From the NCBI GenBank assembly GCA_010093815.1, contig ML996579.1: a stretch of 64,000 bases of DNA; one strand, given 5' to 3'. Shown one piece after another: positions 25,756-37,752 of the stretch (positions within the stretch are counted from its first letter, which is position 1; each line of letters begins with the position of its first letter). Under the pieces are notes generated by a model, which was given only the letters and a program-made list of their open reading frames with translations, had not been told where the DNA came from and did no database searches. The DNA comes from Pseudovirgaria hyperparasitica (taxonomy: Eukaryota). Position numbers and translations under genes: made by a program.

Positions 25756-27793
25756 ATGTATCGCTTCTTATTTCAATCGTTGACGTCCTTTGCCATTGTG
25801 ACCTATGGGTTGCCTCAGGCGGCGCCCATTGATCCAGCAGATCCGAATGCATCAGATCCGACTACAGTTCCTGGTCAGGACTTTGCTCTTCCGGATGCCA
25901 GAACTCCTGAACCTCCAGCAATCAAGGAGCTTCCGGATGGATGTGATCCCACCAATTTCTCGCAGGACTGCATCACTACACTGGACAATGATGAACAAGG
26001 AGCCTACCTTTGGTTTGAAAAGGGCCATGGTATGTTACACTCTATTGATCTCGGGTCAATGAGAGCTGAAAGTTCTAATGTCGTTACAGGATGTACCGAC
26101 GATGAGCAGAAGAAGCTAAAATATGGTAAGCAAATCTGCATGCCTTGATATCCTAGTCCAAATCTCATATCGCGCAGGGCTGTGGGATGCCCAAGACATG
26201 CTGAAATATGCTGCCAAATGGGGTGTTGAGCGATCGTCTCGAGATGTTGTCTCAGCAGACTACTGGATGGGACCCAACTGGAGAGAGTACCAAAGTCGGA
26301 TCAAAGGAAATTTAGGTAGAGCGAGCGAGTTCATCAACAACAAAAGCAACAAAAAGAATTACATCACCATCACCTGCAAAGACCCCAAGGGATACTGCAA
26401 GCGAGGCAGCGTTGAAGGTGGTAAGGTCATCGGTGGCTATGCATGGGACTACAACGGCTGGTTCGGTTACTATGGACATATCAACATGTGTAGTCCGTAC
26501 TACGACATGAAAGACATTTCTGGCAAGATCGATGACCTCAATCAGTACAGAAAAGATGGTCAGATTGAAAGGCTTCAGGACATGCGATACTTCCAAACTT
26601 ACGGTCAATTCTTGGCTCACGAGATGATGCACTTACGCAGCACCTACAACCCTGAACCTAAAATCGAGGACAAGTATCTATGGGGAGCAACAGGCGACTT
26701 CAAGAATGATGTGCGCGCATACGGCCCTAAACGCGTCCACCAACTGGCCAAAGGCGACGCAACTGGCTCCGAAGATCAAAGCGGAGGCAAAGTATCCACC
26801 ATCAATGCCGACAGTTATGCCCTTCTCATGAATTCTATTTTCTGGTGGGACGTCACGCAGTACTTTCCTGGCGTCCCCGGCCGACCAGAAGGCTCCCCTC
26901 CCCCTGGCCTACCACCACCACTTCTCGTCTTCCCCTCCGTCTCACTCGGGGATATTACCGACACGGTATCCATCACCAGCGCAGAAGACCAACTCGACAA
27001 AGCCATCGACTCCTACCTGGTCAGCGACGACATCGAACCGGCAACCCCAGTTTCTACTAGCACGCCATCACCCACCACCGCACCCCCCGTCCCAGACAAG
27101 AATGAATGCCATGGCATCAGCGGCGACTACTGGGTGATGTCCCGCGATATTGCCGTGTCATCTGCCACCGAGTTTTGCGCCCAGTCCGAGCACACAAAGA
27201 AATACAACGTTGGCTCCGTCAACGAGCTCGAGCTCTCCGTGCGTAACCTGGCCGACGATAGCAAAGCACCCACCGATGCTCCCGACTGCGCTGCACGGTT
27301 CCAGAACGCTGTCATCGATGGCTGCGACGGCAACGACGCCGTTAATAACCCGCACAACTACAAGTTCGGCGGCACGTTGACCACCGGCGATGGCTGGGAG
27401 TACAAGATGACGCCGCTCAGCCAGCAGGTCAACGAGGTCGCCTGCGACGTCTCATACAAATTTTTCTACGACGGTTTCGAGATCCGCGGGAAGAACCTGC
27501 CTGATGCCAAGTTTGGCGCGGAGGGAGAGGGGTTGAAGGACCAGGTTGCCGGTTGTGGCGCAATCACGAAGTGGAACTTTGAGCGGACGCCTAACGATTG
27601 CTGCTTCCAGTGGTATGCGTCTGGGCAGCTACCGATTGGGACGAAAGCTTGTGTTGGTAGAGCGCTCATGTCGGCCGGGGGAAGTGGGGTAGGAAATTGT
27701 CATGGATCTGGAAAGAGAGGAGTCGATTATATTGATACTTGGCCTGGGTATGGTGACGAGGGAAGACATGTATTTGGGAACAGTACGGCGTAG
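25756..27793 (+). CDS. Secreted multidomain protein: HExxH aspzincin-like protease, P/T linker, Cys-rich C-terminal (lectin-like) modules; exons 25756-26029, 26090-26125, 26178-27793
   Basis: Signal peptide; HEMMH...AYG...NADSYA; PT linker; FC...DGCDGND..NPHNYKFGG and GCGAITKW..WYASGQLPIG..CVGRA modules. Confidence 0.78.
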
Positions 27794-28153
27794 GATTGGT
27801 ATTGACTCAGTAGTGGAGTTGGCGTTTGATATGACTGATCCCTTTTGATTATAGAATTCAGGGTTCTGACAAAGTGAAAAAGAATTCCGTCCTTATGTGG
27901 TCATTGAATTTCTGACTAAAACTGGGAAATCTTCCAGGTGTAGCAATCGAACTGGCTTTCAAGTACCTCGCTCTTGCTTCTAGATGTGACTAATCGTCAT
28001 ATTGCGCTACTCTGACAGAGAATGCACAAGACGATTCGAGGTCTTGAATATCTGCCAGATCTTATTATCTGTTACGTCTCTGTATGCGTTCCAGTTCTGT
28101 ATAATTAGCAATCCATATAGCTGGCTCAGCGCAAACTCCATTGCAAAATAACT

Positions 28154-31100
28154 CTACTTCCTTGCGCACAACTTCACGATATCCACAAGCCCACATGCAC
28201 TCGCCACATCAATTGCACTTCTTCCCTTTCCATCCTCTCTCAGTGGATCCCCTACCTTCCCTATGAAGAACTGAAACGATTTCTTATCATGTTTAAGAGC
28301 ATGCATCAAGGCTCAAGCCATGTCTTCTCCTGGTGGCGATGTGGGAAGCTGTTTCGCCTGCGTTATTGACAGCTTGGACATCAGCTTCACTGTCAGTCGT
28401 AAATAGTTGCGCAAAAGCATTCACATGGCACGGCTTATCGCCGTATTCGCGCTTGTACGCACCAAACTCTTTCTCGCACGCTGTGACGTTTTTTCCCGTG
28501 TCATTTGCTCTCGACGCTACATATGCGAGTAGCGGAGTGTTGCCCTCGTTGTCCCGGACATCGATCGATCTGCCTGGAAGCAGGTACTGATTCCAAAGCA
28601 GTAGACTTGAGCGGATAGGTTCGCTGGTTGCTTGATATCTGATACGGGACGTCGAAAGACATGTGTCGGCAATATAGTGAAGTGCAGTGCGGCCATATGG
28701 GTCTGGCTCTAGCAGGTCAGCACCCTTGAATATTAGTAGATCGCACAAGCGCATTATATCGAGCACTGTCGTAGTCGAAACATCCACGTCAGCTTCCAGT
28801 AGAGGTTTAGCAAAGGACTTTACATTATGTGGTTTCTTAGATTTTCTTTCACAACCATGTTGTGATTTGTACCAAGGGTTGACATCTGAGGACCGGGCAA
28901 TTAGGTCAGGTCCAAACTGCATCATTGGATACTCACCCATCAACTGGGGATCGTCATTAAAGTTGCTCCATATTACATGCTCTCTGGTTGTTTCCGCACG
29001 GGCATGAATTGCAGTTCGAGCTCGAGCGTCGACGAGTGATACCTCTGCGCCGTACCGGAGTAATGCTGCCACAGACTCCAAATCACTCGCTGAACAAGCA
29101 TTGTGTAGCGGTGTCCGACCAGCACTGTCTTTCTGGTTGAGGAGACATGATCCAGTTTTGCTGAGGAGTAAGCGGACAATATTGGAGTAACGAGCACGGC
29201 AGGCAAGGTGCAAGGCATTGTGTTTGTCTTTTGTCACAAGCATAGCATTGGCTCCGGCAGACAGTATCTCTGCTGTGAAGCGGTCCGACTTGAGAGCAGC
29301 TAGATGCAGAGGCGCAAAACCAAAGACATCTTGTGAACCGAGCTGAACCATCTCTGACACGCCTGAGGTTTCGAGGAATGTGATCTGATGCTTCGTAAAA
29401 TTGTTGTGATACTCGTCACTCCTCTGGAGGAATACATGCAGTGGAGTCATCCTGTCGTTGCTCTGTGCATTCACAGATATACCGAAACCAATCATGCGTT
29501 GGGATCTCCTATAGAATTCGTCGTTTCCATTGTATTGAGATGAAAGGTGATGCAGGAGGGTATTGTCATGACGATTCACGCTGAGCGGGTCGAGTCCACG
29601 AGAGAGGAATTCGTCAAAGAGATTTCCTCTATGGAATGCGGTCGATAGTATATGGAGAGCATTGTTTCCGGTATAGTCAACTACATTACTCCTCGCTCCG
29701 TACTCATCAAGTACTCGAATCAACTCTTTGTTGTTTAGACCGCACAAAAGTAAGGTCTTGCCATCAGCGCAACGCGTTTCTAGGTCTGTATTTTCATCTA
29801 GCAAGATGGATACAAGCTCTTATAAATTTGCATAATCATATTTCGTGGCCAATGCAAACCAACAATGTCTCTCGACATTAATATTGGCACATTGAGCAAG
29901 AATGGATTCGAACAGTGGCGTGCTTACAGACATAACTTCTTCTACTACACTGAAGCCTCCGTCCGTGTCTTTGTTGAGATCTCCGCCATGTCGCAAGAGA
30001 CATTTGACAATCTCTTCTATATGCTCGATATTCCACAGTCGTGCAGCTTTTTGGAGCCAAGGCTCTTCGCAGAGGGGAATATCTGTACGCTCATTGCTCA
30101 TTGGGATCACATCCAGACTCAATGAGAAGCCGAACGAGGGCTGGTTAATAATGGAGGCGAAGAACGCGCTGTGATGTTCCGGCTCCTTCCGTATCTTTCG
30201 CATTCATATTTGCGCGTATAAGAGCTTCCAGTACATTTCTGTTGTGTTCTGATCCTCGGTCGCGGTGATCCTGAGCGCTGATTAGGAGAGGTGTATCGCC
30301 ACGTCTATTCGGCTTCTCGAGATCAGCGCCCGCTTTAAGGAGTGCCCGGAAGATATCACTGTAGGTATCAAAGTTCGGCCCTCGCCATTTGTTAACTAGG
30401 TTATGTAAGGGTAAAGTTTCGGGGTCTGGTTAACAATTTCCGCCCATTATCGCCTGTCGTGGTGTCCAGATGGAAGGCTTCATAACGTCAGCTCCTCTTT
30501 CGATGAGTGCTAATGCAATATTTGCATTGCAGTACCACACGCAAGGTACAATGCGTCGCGCCACAATACTGCGCGTCCAGAATAGCTAGAGCGACGTCTG
30601 TTCTGCTGTATCTACAACTCTCACACATGAGTTGCTCTAATACCGTCGATTCGCAGTATGGTATCATAGCAATGGCTTTTTCACTATGTCCGTTCCGACT
30701 GACATAGAAGATTGAGCACTCTCCTCTGGTGGTCGTCTCACCATCGATCAGTTCACCCGCATGATTCTCTGTTGTTTTGACCGTGGCTGGGTCAACGCCA
30801 GCCTTGAGCAGTATAGACACAGTTCAAGCATGGTTTTTGATAGCCGCTAGGTGGATTGGTTTATAAGCCTGAGCATCGGCTTTCGTCGGCTGTTCAACCG
30901 TAGCCCAGGAGCAGTCGTGTCGATTCAGCATAGCCATTGTTGGCCGCTCAGTGTATCTGCGTGCGAATCTGTGCATTATATTCTGGGCCCGAAGCAGCGC
31001 TCTCGATTATATATCGGACAAGATAAGTCATTCCACAAAACGCCGCAACATGAAAGCTGCTGGGTACACCGTCGTTGGTATCTTTTGTCTTAGAGATAGC

Positions 31101-31879
31101 AGTCCATACTAGCGAATAGAAACAAGCTATTGACCGTTTCAAACCATATCCACAATCTGATGCAGGTTTCCTCGGTCTAGCTTCATCATATCGATAGCGT
31201 CATGTAGTCGGTGTTTCATATAAGTCGAAATGCCTGCATTAACGAGCTTCTGCAGCAGGCTGATGTGAAGGATGGATGAGGCTTTAAACGCACTTTGAAG
31301 ATACTGCTTAGGTCTACTAGTCATCACAAGCTTAAAGATGCGGGGAAATAGATCGCAAGACTGTTAAGCTTCTTCAAGAAAAAGCTGTCCTCGGAGGCCA
31401 TTTCGTCCAGTGCATGAATTCTGAATGAGGGAGAAGCTGAGCCAACAAGTCCTGCAACAAGGAACGTGGCGAGAAGTTGGCTGCGACAATGTTTCGAAAG
31501 AAAATGAACGAGACCGGAACATCTTCAGTAGTACGCAAGTGCTGTACTAGGGACGCAGCGATGACGGGTTTACCTAGTTCTGGTTAGGTGGCAGTCGATG
31601 TGGCATGCATAAGGTCCGTACCAGCCCCTAGCACTCCCTTGATCCACAAACTCCCATGATCCGGTGCATCGTGCCACCGTCGATATTGGTCCGTCTCGCA
31701 GATCCATAGACCAGTTACATGGGCTTGCGATGATAAATGACGACGAAACTCGCTGGAGTCTGCAAGTTAATCAGTTGGGCTCAACAGTTCCGAATATCAT
31801 CTATGACATCTTATTCCAAGAAGGTCTCGTTATGGTTAATGATGTCATATTCGTCTATGGTTATGGCTGATCTTGGCAT
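28154..31879 (-). pseudogene. NACHT + ankyrin-repeat NLR-like pseudogene
   Basis: LSPTD*LADSSEFRRHLSSQ..TGLWICET..WHDAPDHGSLWIKGVLGAG|KPVIAA (Walker A split by intron 31574-31621); ALDEM (Walker B); MTSRPKQYLQ; many ankyrin repeats (GRTPLHNAC, APLHLAA); multiple stops, frameshifts and deletions. Confidence 0.88.
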
Positions 31880-32223
31880 TATCGGAAAAGCTGGTAAGAA
31901 AGTGAGGGAATAACACAATCACTGAGGGTCGAAGCGAAGCTTTATATATGTGGATCCTTGGAAGAAAATCCTTAAGAGTCCATGCTAAGAGACTTCGGTG
32001 TGTTAGGTAATTGAGTATCCTTGACACAGCCAGGCTGCACTGCACAAAAGGAAAAAAAGGCCAATGAATCACTTTCAAGTCGCAAGAGGCCTTGCGGCCC
32101 CTGTTCTCGGCGCATTCCGGTGTGTGCTTCAGTCACCTAGGATTGAAATCGTCTCTTATGGTTTATCGCTGGTTGCGAAAGGATCTGCTCACGATTCTGC
32201 AACGATGAAACAAAGCGTAGCAC

Positions 32224-33360
32224 ATGGACCTTGAACAAGAAGGTCTCTCATTGGGCCTGAGTATGGCTGAAGCTACGTAGCAAAGAGCTGGGGGAGCTGA
32301 GACTCGAGAGCAGCTATTTTATAAAGTTCGTGCAAGGCTCAAGCTTATCAGCGAGGAATTCTTTTGTTTCCCGACAATGCAAACTCACGGATGACGCCCT
32401 ATTTCTGGGGTCTCCATAAGGATTCTCAAGGACCATCTACATAGATTTGGTCAACTCACCTATCCTCATCTCATTCGAGGTTGTGCCAAACAAGAAGCTA
32501 CAGTCAGGCTCATGGAAAGACAGCTTTAGCAGCTGCTCGACTAGGTCTCCAACCTTCTCTGAGCACGACTTTCTCACACCATGACTGAAGCTGAGCAATA
32601 ATCCTAGATAGACGGAGTCACCGCCGACCTCGTGTATGCGTGATTCATTGAACTTCAGTGGTCTTCTTTCCTCTGGTGGGCGCAAATTACAAGCTTGACT
32701 GGCCATCAGCGGGTGTGAAGTCTGCCAGACTAACATCGTTTCTAATACAGCAGTCTGGAAATGTTTCCACACGTTTCCACTCAGGTAGATATATGCTTGT
32801 ATAATCTTCAAGCCTGACTTAACCAGAGAATGCTAAGTCTCCCGTCCCTGCGGATCGTTTCGTAAGATTACACTGAAGGCAGCCTCGAAGAGACTATTGC
32901 CTGAAGAGCTCTGAGCTATAGATAAGGCATCATGCCAAGCACAGAAGGGACTACGCCTCTTAACAACGATGTCAGTTGCCACCAACAGTGCGAATAGTAG
33001 GTACATACCTACAGACTGCAGAATCGCAAAGAAAACATCACCCTGTAAAGGTACGACGAGTATGGTTGACTGAGTACTCTTCTTGCTCTTGCACAGGGGC
33101 CGCTATCTGGATATCCCTCATAATTTTTTTTAGAGGGCGTTCTTGGAGCAATCTGCGTCGCCGTGGCTTTGCTGGCGATAAATTTGAGCTATTGATCGTC
33201 GGACTCTGTATATCTTGATTGATGTTCGTAAGTGGACGCTTAATTTTCGTTTGATACTATTATATCTTACGGTACTGCCCTTAGAAATGTTATCAAGAGT
33301 TTTACATCCAAGACTGTGATCCATAAGCCTCGCCTAGGCTCAGCAGTTATGATCGTTGCT
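32224..33360 (+). pseudogene. Possible degenerate (RIP-like) gene relic of unknown family
   Basis: Protein-like frame from ATG 32224 interrupted by TAG/TGA/TAA, an open antisense frame at 32437-32811, and intron-like GT..CTAAC..CAG segments. Stop density is not clearly below random. Confidence 0.3.
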
Positions 33361-34093
33361 AATTAGTGCGACTCTCAGCTGAAGTAGCAGAGGAATCAAT
33401 GGCGTTAAAGACACCGATCTGAATCCTCACCTTCACTCATTGTATGCTCCTTAAAGACGATAGAAAAAGTCCTAGAAGGGAGTACTGCTACTAGGCCTCG
33501 GCGTTGATTCACTATTAAATAAGCGTAACCACTATTGTTCCTTCATAAGTTATTTTGTTTCATCAACCGCTGCCCAAGGATGCGGAAACAGTGGACAGAA
33601 GAAATGAGGCTAAGTGTCTAGGTGTACCCCTTTTTCTGAGGCTGATAACTGCTAGACAATCAAACACCGAGATAGATTATACTCATATGCACCTTCGACG
33701 CTTGTTGTGTGGCTCTGAATTATGTAACCCGAACCATACGGCTCTTCTAGACTGAACGTAAACCTAATCTAGCTGAGTTTATAGAGCATGAAATGCAAGA
33801 GACTTTAGGATCGGGTACCATGAGTCTAAAGTCCGTAAATACAAGGGAGCTCGTAAGGTATCTGAGAGCTCTTCGCTTCCCATCTGCTTGACCCATGTAC
33901 GTTGCTTGAAATAGCCGACAGATCGTGATACGACGTAGTGATATCCGCCGACACCATGCTAATGAAATTTGTTCCCGTGTTGAAACTCCAAGTGATGTTG
34001 ATTCCAGTCAGTCTTGCTATCGGAATTAACATAGGAAAATTTCATATATCTTGTATGCATCTATATCATACTGGAGTCTGACAATGCATGTCA

Positions 34094-35419
34094 CTAGATA
34101 CGCCGTCTTTTACGTGTTGGTTTGGTCCTCCTCACATCAGCACACTCTTGAGTATGAGGCCGCGATCGTTTTCGCTCCGGCTCCTGTGCCGAGTCTGTTG
34201 TTGGATTCATGACCACCGAGCATTTCATTGCGGCTATCCTTTTGCTGCGTCTTGGGGCTGAAGGCGTATGTTTGGAGATGACTGTGTGCTCTTGGTCATG
34301 TTCAATGCGCGATTCGCTGATCTGTGCCACGGTTGGGAGATGTTCCCCTTCTCTGGAACGTTTTCTTGGCCCCCTTTTACCCTTCCCCTCTGCTTTGGAC
34401 TGTGGTCCGCTTCTACTGGCGGCCGCGGGCTGAACTTTATCAGTGCCAGCATCAACTTTCGGGTGACCTGATCCATCACTTGGGCCTGAAGCCGAGTCAA
34501 CGCTATCTCTGATGGAGTTTGGATCTATGGTTGTCGGTTCAGTCTCAGTTGTTGGCGGATGCTTCGTTGTAGATGCACTGGAGGTTTCGACAAGGGGAAC
34601 AGGTGGTTGTATGATCCCCCATGTGGTATCTAACTGATCTGCATGCATCCAGGACATACCTGGGTACTCAGACCAGTCAGGGTTCCATATCTCGAGTTCA
34701 GTCCATTCTGCTTTAATAGTCTCGTAGGCTTTTTGTTCGAGGTCGCTTGCAGTAAGAGACGTCCCTCGTAAAGAAAGCGCTTCGTCTTGGATCCATTTCT
34801 GTTCTGCACCTACCTGAAACTTGAACTGATATAGTGGCCGAGACGCGTCTATGTCCACCTCTTCCCTATCGGGCTTGTCTTCTCCGTCTAATTCGACCTC
34901 GTGACCCCAGCGAGCTCTTTCGGGAACCCATGGACCTTTCCTTGAATGCAGTATATCTTGTCGCCATCCACTTCTTGCACTTGGTGGCCAAGCAGGACCC
35001 CAACTAGACTTCCATATCTTCTGCTCAACCCAACGTGCTCTTACGATGTTTTCTGCATTTATGATAAGATCTTGCGTGTCATCGATTCGATGGGTTGGGC
35101 GTCGGATTGTTTCGATGGTTCTCTGTTTAATTATTTGTTCATGGATTTTTTTGACTTGTTGCATGAATTGCTTGCGAGGGGTAGATCTCTCGAGAACCAT
35201 GGCTCTGGCCTCCCATTCATCCTCGTCGATCTCCAGCTCGGGTGGCTCATCTTGGTTCGAACCAGCTACAAGACCAAATAGATACTGGTAGTCTGGTTCA
35301 GGGCCTGTCGACTCGCGACTCTGATATGGAGGTGGTGGGCTACTGGAACGATTTGCGAGGGTTTCAAAGGGTGCTAGACCAGCATGCGGTGGATTGGTGC
35401 GCGCGTCGAGTAAAGCCAT
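34094..35419 (-). CDS. Uncharacterised Trp-rich protein with two internal repeats (A..(V/I)...W.E..IW...W...P...W.H) and basic, NLS-like tail
   Basis: Intact 441-aa ORF; AENIVRARWVEQKIWKSSW...RWGHE and AYETIKAEWTELEIWNPDW..PGMSWMH; SRPLYQF; PRRSKR and RKRRR. Confidence 0.8.
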   Translation of the reverse strand: MALLDARTNPPHAGLAPFETLANRSSSPPPPYQSRESTGPEPDYQYLFGLVAGSNQDEPPELEIDEDEWEARAMVLERSTPRKQFMQQVKKIHEQIIKQRTIETIRRPTHRIDDTQDLIINAENIVRARWVEQKIWKSSWGPAWPPSARSGWRQDILHSRKGPWVPERARWGHEVELDGEDKPDREEVDIDASRPLYQFKFQVGAEQKWIQDEALSLRGTSLTASDLEQKAYETIKAEWTELEIWNPDWSEYPGMSWMHADQLDTTWGIIQPPVPLVETSSASTTKHPPTTETEPTTIDPNSIRDSVDSASGPSDGSGHPKVDAGTDKVQPAAASRSGPQSKAEGKGKRGPRKRSREGEHLPTVAQISESRIEHDQEHTVISKHTPSAPRRSKRIAAMKCSVVMNPTTDSAQEPERKRSRPHTQECADVRRTKPTRKRRRI

Positions 35420-35951
35420 AGTGAGGAGATAAAGTAGGAAAGATGTCGATGGAATGAGCGGTGCAGGAGAAGGAGAGCCTTATGCGCAATACAATGTTGA
35501 ATATTGAATATGCAGTGGGGTCATGAACGTCGTCGTATCAAAGCGCACGGACCTTCGCAACGTCGACGCGCGCGCCTGGCTTTAAGCGCTGTAACTATTT
35601 TCGGTGAACCATGATGGTTGCCTTAATTAGCTATTGTCCGTGCCTGATCCACCTTTTAGCAAAGCAACTGTACTTGATATAATCCATGCATCAACCTATT
35701 AAATGTGGACACCGACCACCTAAAGGTGTAAGACAGGCGTTTAAAGCGGCACAGTCACGTTCTAATTATGTCTTCGGTCGCTCGGGATGCTTCGACTGGA
35801 CGTAATTCACTCTTATCGCGTCGACTAGGTAGTATCAAACATGGCACAGTTTAGGAACTTTGTTTCATGCCCATATTGATTGTTTCAAGCTGTCGCCTCC
35901 TGGCGCTTACCAGTAGCAATGAGAAAGCTAAAAGGACCCCATCCCTAGACA

Positions 35952-37752
35952 ATGGTGTTGTTTGGCAAGCCATCTACCATGTTTCCTTTACAGCCTCCGC
36001 CAAATACTATCATCTCCTTAATTCCTACGAACGATGATGCGAAGAGCCTACTGCACCATGAGCATAATAGACATCTAGTGTCAGAAGTGCCACAGGCCAA
36101 AACTGACAGAAAAGGATGTGTTCGTCTCGGATTCAACCTTTCTTTCGCCCTCTCGACAGAGGCACGAACTACATTGGTCACAATTGGCAAAGACAAGACG
36201 CGATGCCAGATCTTTGCAGACGGTTCCTCGATAGGGAAGGTACACTGTACCATTGAGATACGAGAAGGTACAACAGATGTGTTCATAATGAAGCGCACAA
36301 ACAAAGGTTCAATCGGATTCTTTAATAATTCTCCCACCCCTTTGAACAAGCAAGGCCTTGCGCCCTTGGGTCCTGAGACGAATACCATCTTCGGCATCGG
36401 ACATCGGAAAGGCGATCTTTACGTATTCGCGGTATATTGGCACAGGGATCTGGAATGGCAAGCCCTCGCAAACCGACAGCACCTGTTGTCTCAGACGAGA
36501 AGTACCGAGATTGAAATGGAGCCACACGAAATATCTCAGGGCGAAGCAAGAAGAGTTCTGCGAATCCATACCACACGGACACCTGCAGGCAAACTACGCA
36601 TGAATTACAAGACCATCAATGAACTCGGGTCAGGAACTTATGGAACAGTGACCAAGGTCCAAGATGTGGACAGTGGTAACTTGTATGCATGTAAGAAAGT
36701 GCGGCTACCTGATGTCCACAACGACTACACGAGCTTTGCGAAGACAAAAAGGGAGGTCGAGATACCGTTCAAATTCAGTCACGTATGTCTTTTCATATTC
36801 TTACACAGAAAGCTACTGATCAAACCAATAGCCTCATATTATCAAGTATGTCTTTGCTCAACGAATGGACCAGAAGGGCATTGCATACTTCGAGATCTTC
36901 ACAGAATTAAAAGATGGCAGTATCGAGGACTTGATTAGGAATGGGGAGATGTTTGTGAAGCATAAATCTCTCGGCATACAAGTCTTGTTGAGCATGCTAC
37001 GAGCCTTGGAATATATCGCTGATCAAGGCTTCATCCACCGCGATATAAAGCCCGCCAATATTCTCTATAACAAACTCCACAACGGCCAGTTTGAGTTCTG
37101 CCTTGCCGATTTTGGTCTCGTCAACATATCATCGAATGCGCGGACCATAGCAGGAACACCTGTATTCTACGCCCCAGAAATATTGATGGACGCTGGTGCA
37201 CTGCAAACCCCCAAAGTCGATATCTGGTCCCTCTTCGTCACGTACGCCTTCATGATCAATGCCAACGGATTGAGGAACAAACTCACGGATAGATTTGAGG
37301 AGAACATAAAAGCAGTGCGGGAGGCTGTAGACAACGAACGTTGCACCGATCTGGAGCCGATGACTCGTGTTTATCCAGCACACCGCGCTAGCGCACGGCA
37401 GATGCTGCAAATACTCAACAACGGGGTCGGTGCTGCAGAGGGCAAGACACAGACAATGGAACGTACGAGGATTGCTGCGCCGCTAGCGCAGTCCAAAGCC
37501 CTTAAAAGGATCGAAATGGTCGGCCCATCAAATCCACCGAATCCAGCTGACCGCAAGGAGGTCAAAGACCGAGGAATGTTCGTGCTTCAGACACGCCAGC
37601 CATCTCAGCCTATGAGTTCAAAGGGCTCGAGTGGTTTGATGTCATTGGATATACCACCATCGAAGCTTTCCCAGGAGAAAGAGAAGAGCAAAAGGTTCTG
37701 GGGACCCCCCCGGAGAACTAGTTCTGGCATGTCGGGAATCGAGTATGAGTGA
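35952..37752 (+). CDS. FHA-like domain + Ser/Thr protein kinase; exons 35952-36782, 36832-37752
   Basis: TIGK...SSIGKVHCTIE (FHA-like); GSGTYGTV, ACKK, HRDIKPAN, DFG, GTPVFYAPE, DIWSL; 49-nt GTATGT..CTGAT..TAG intron. Confidence 0.88.
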
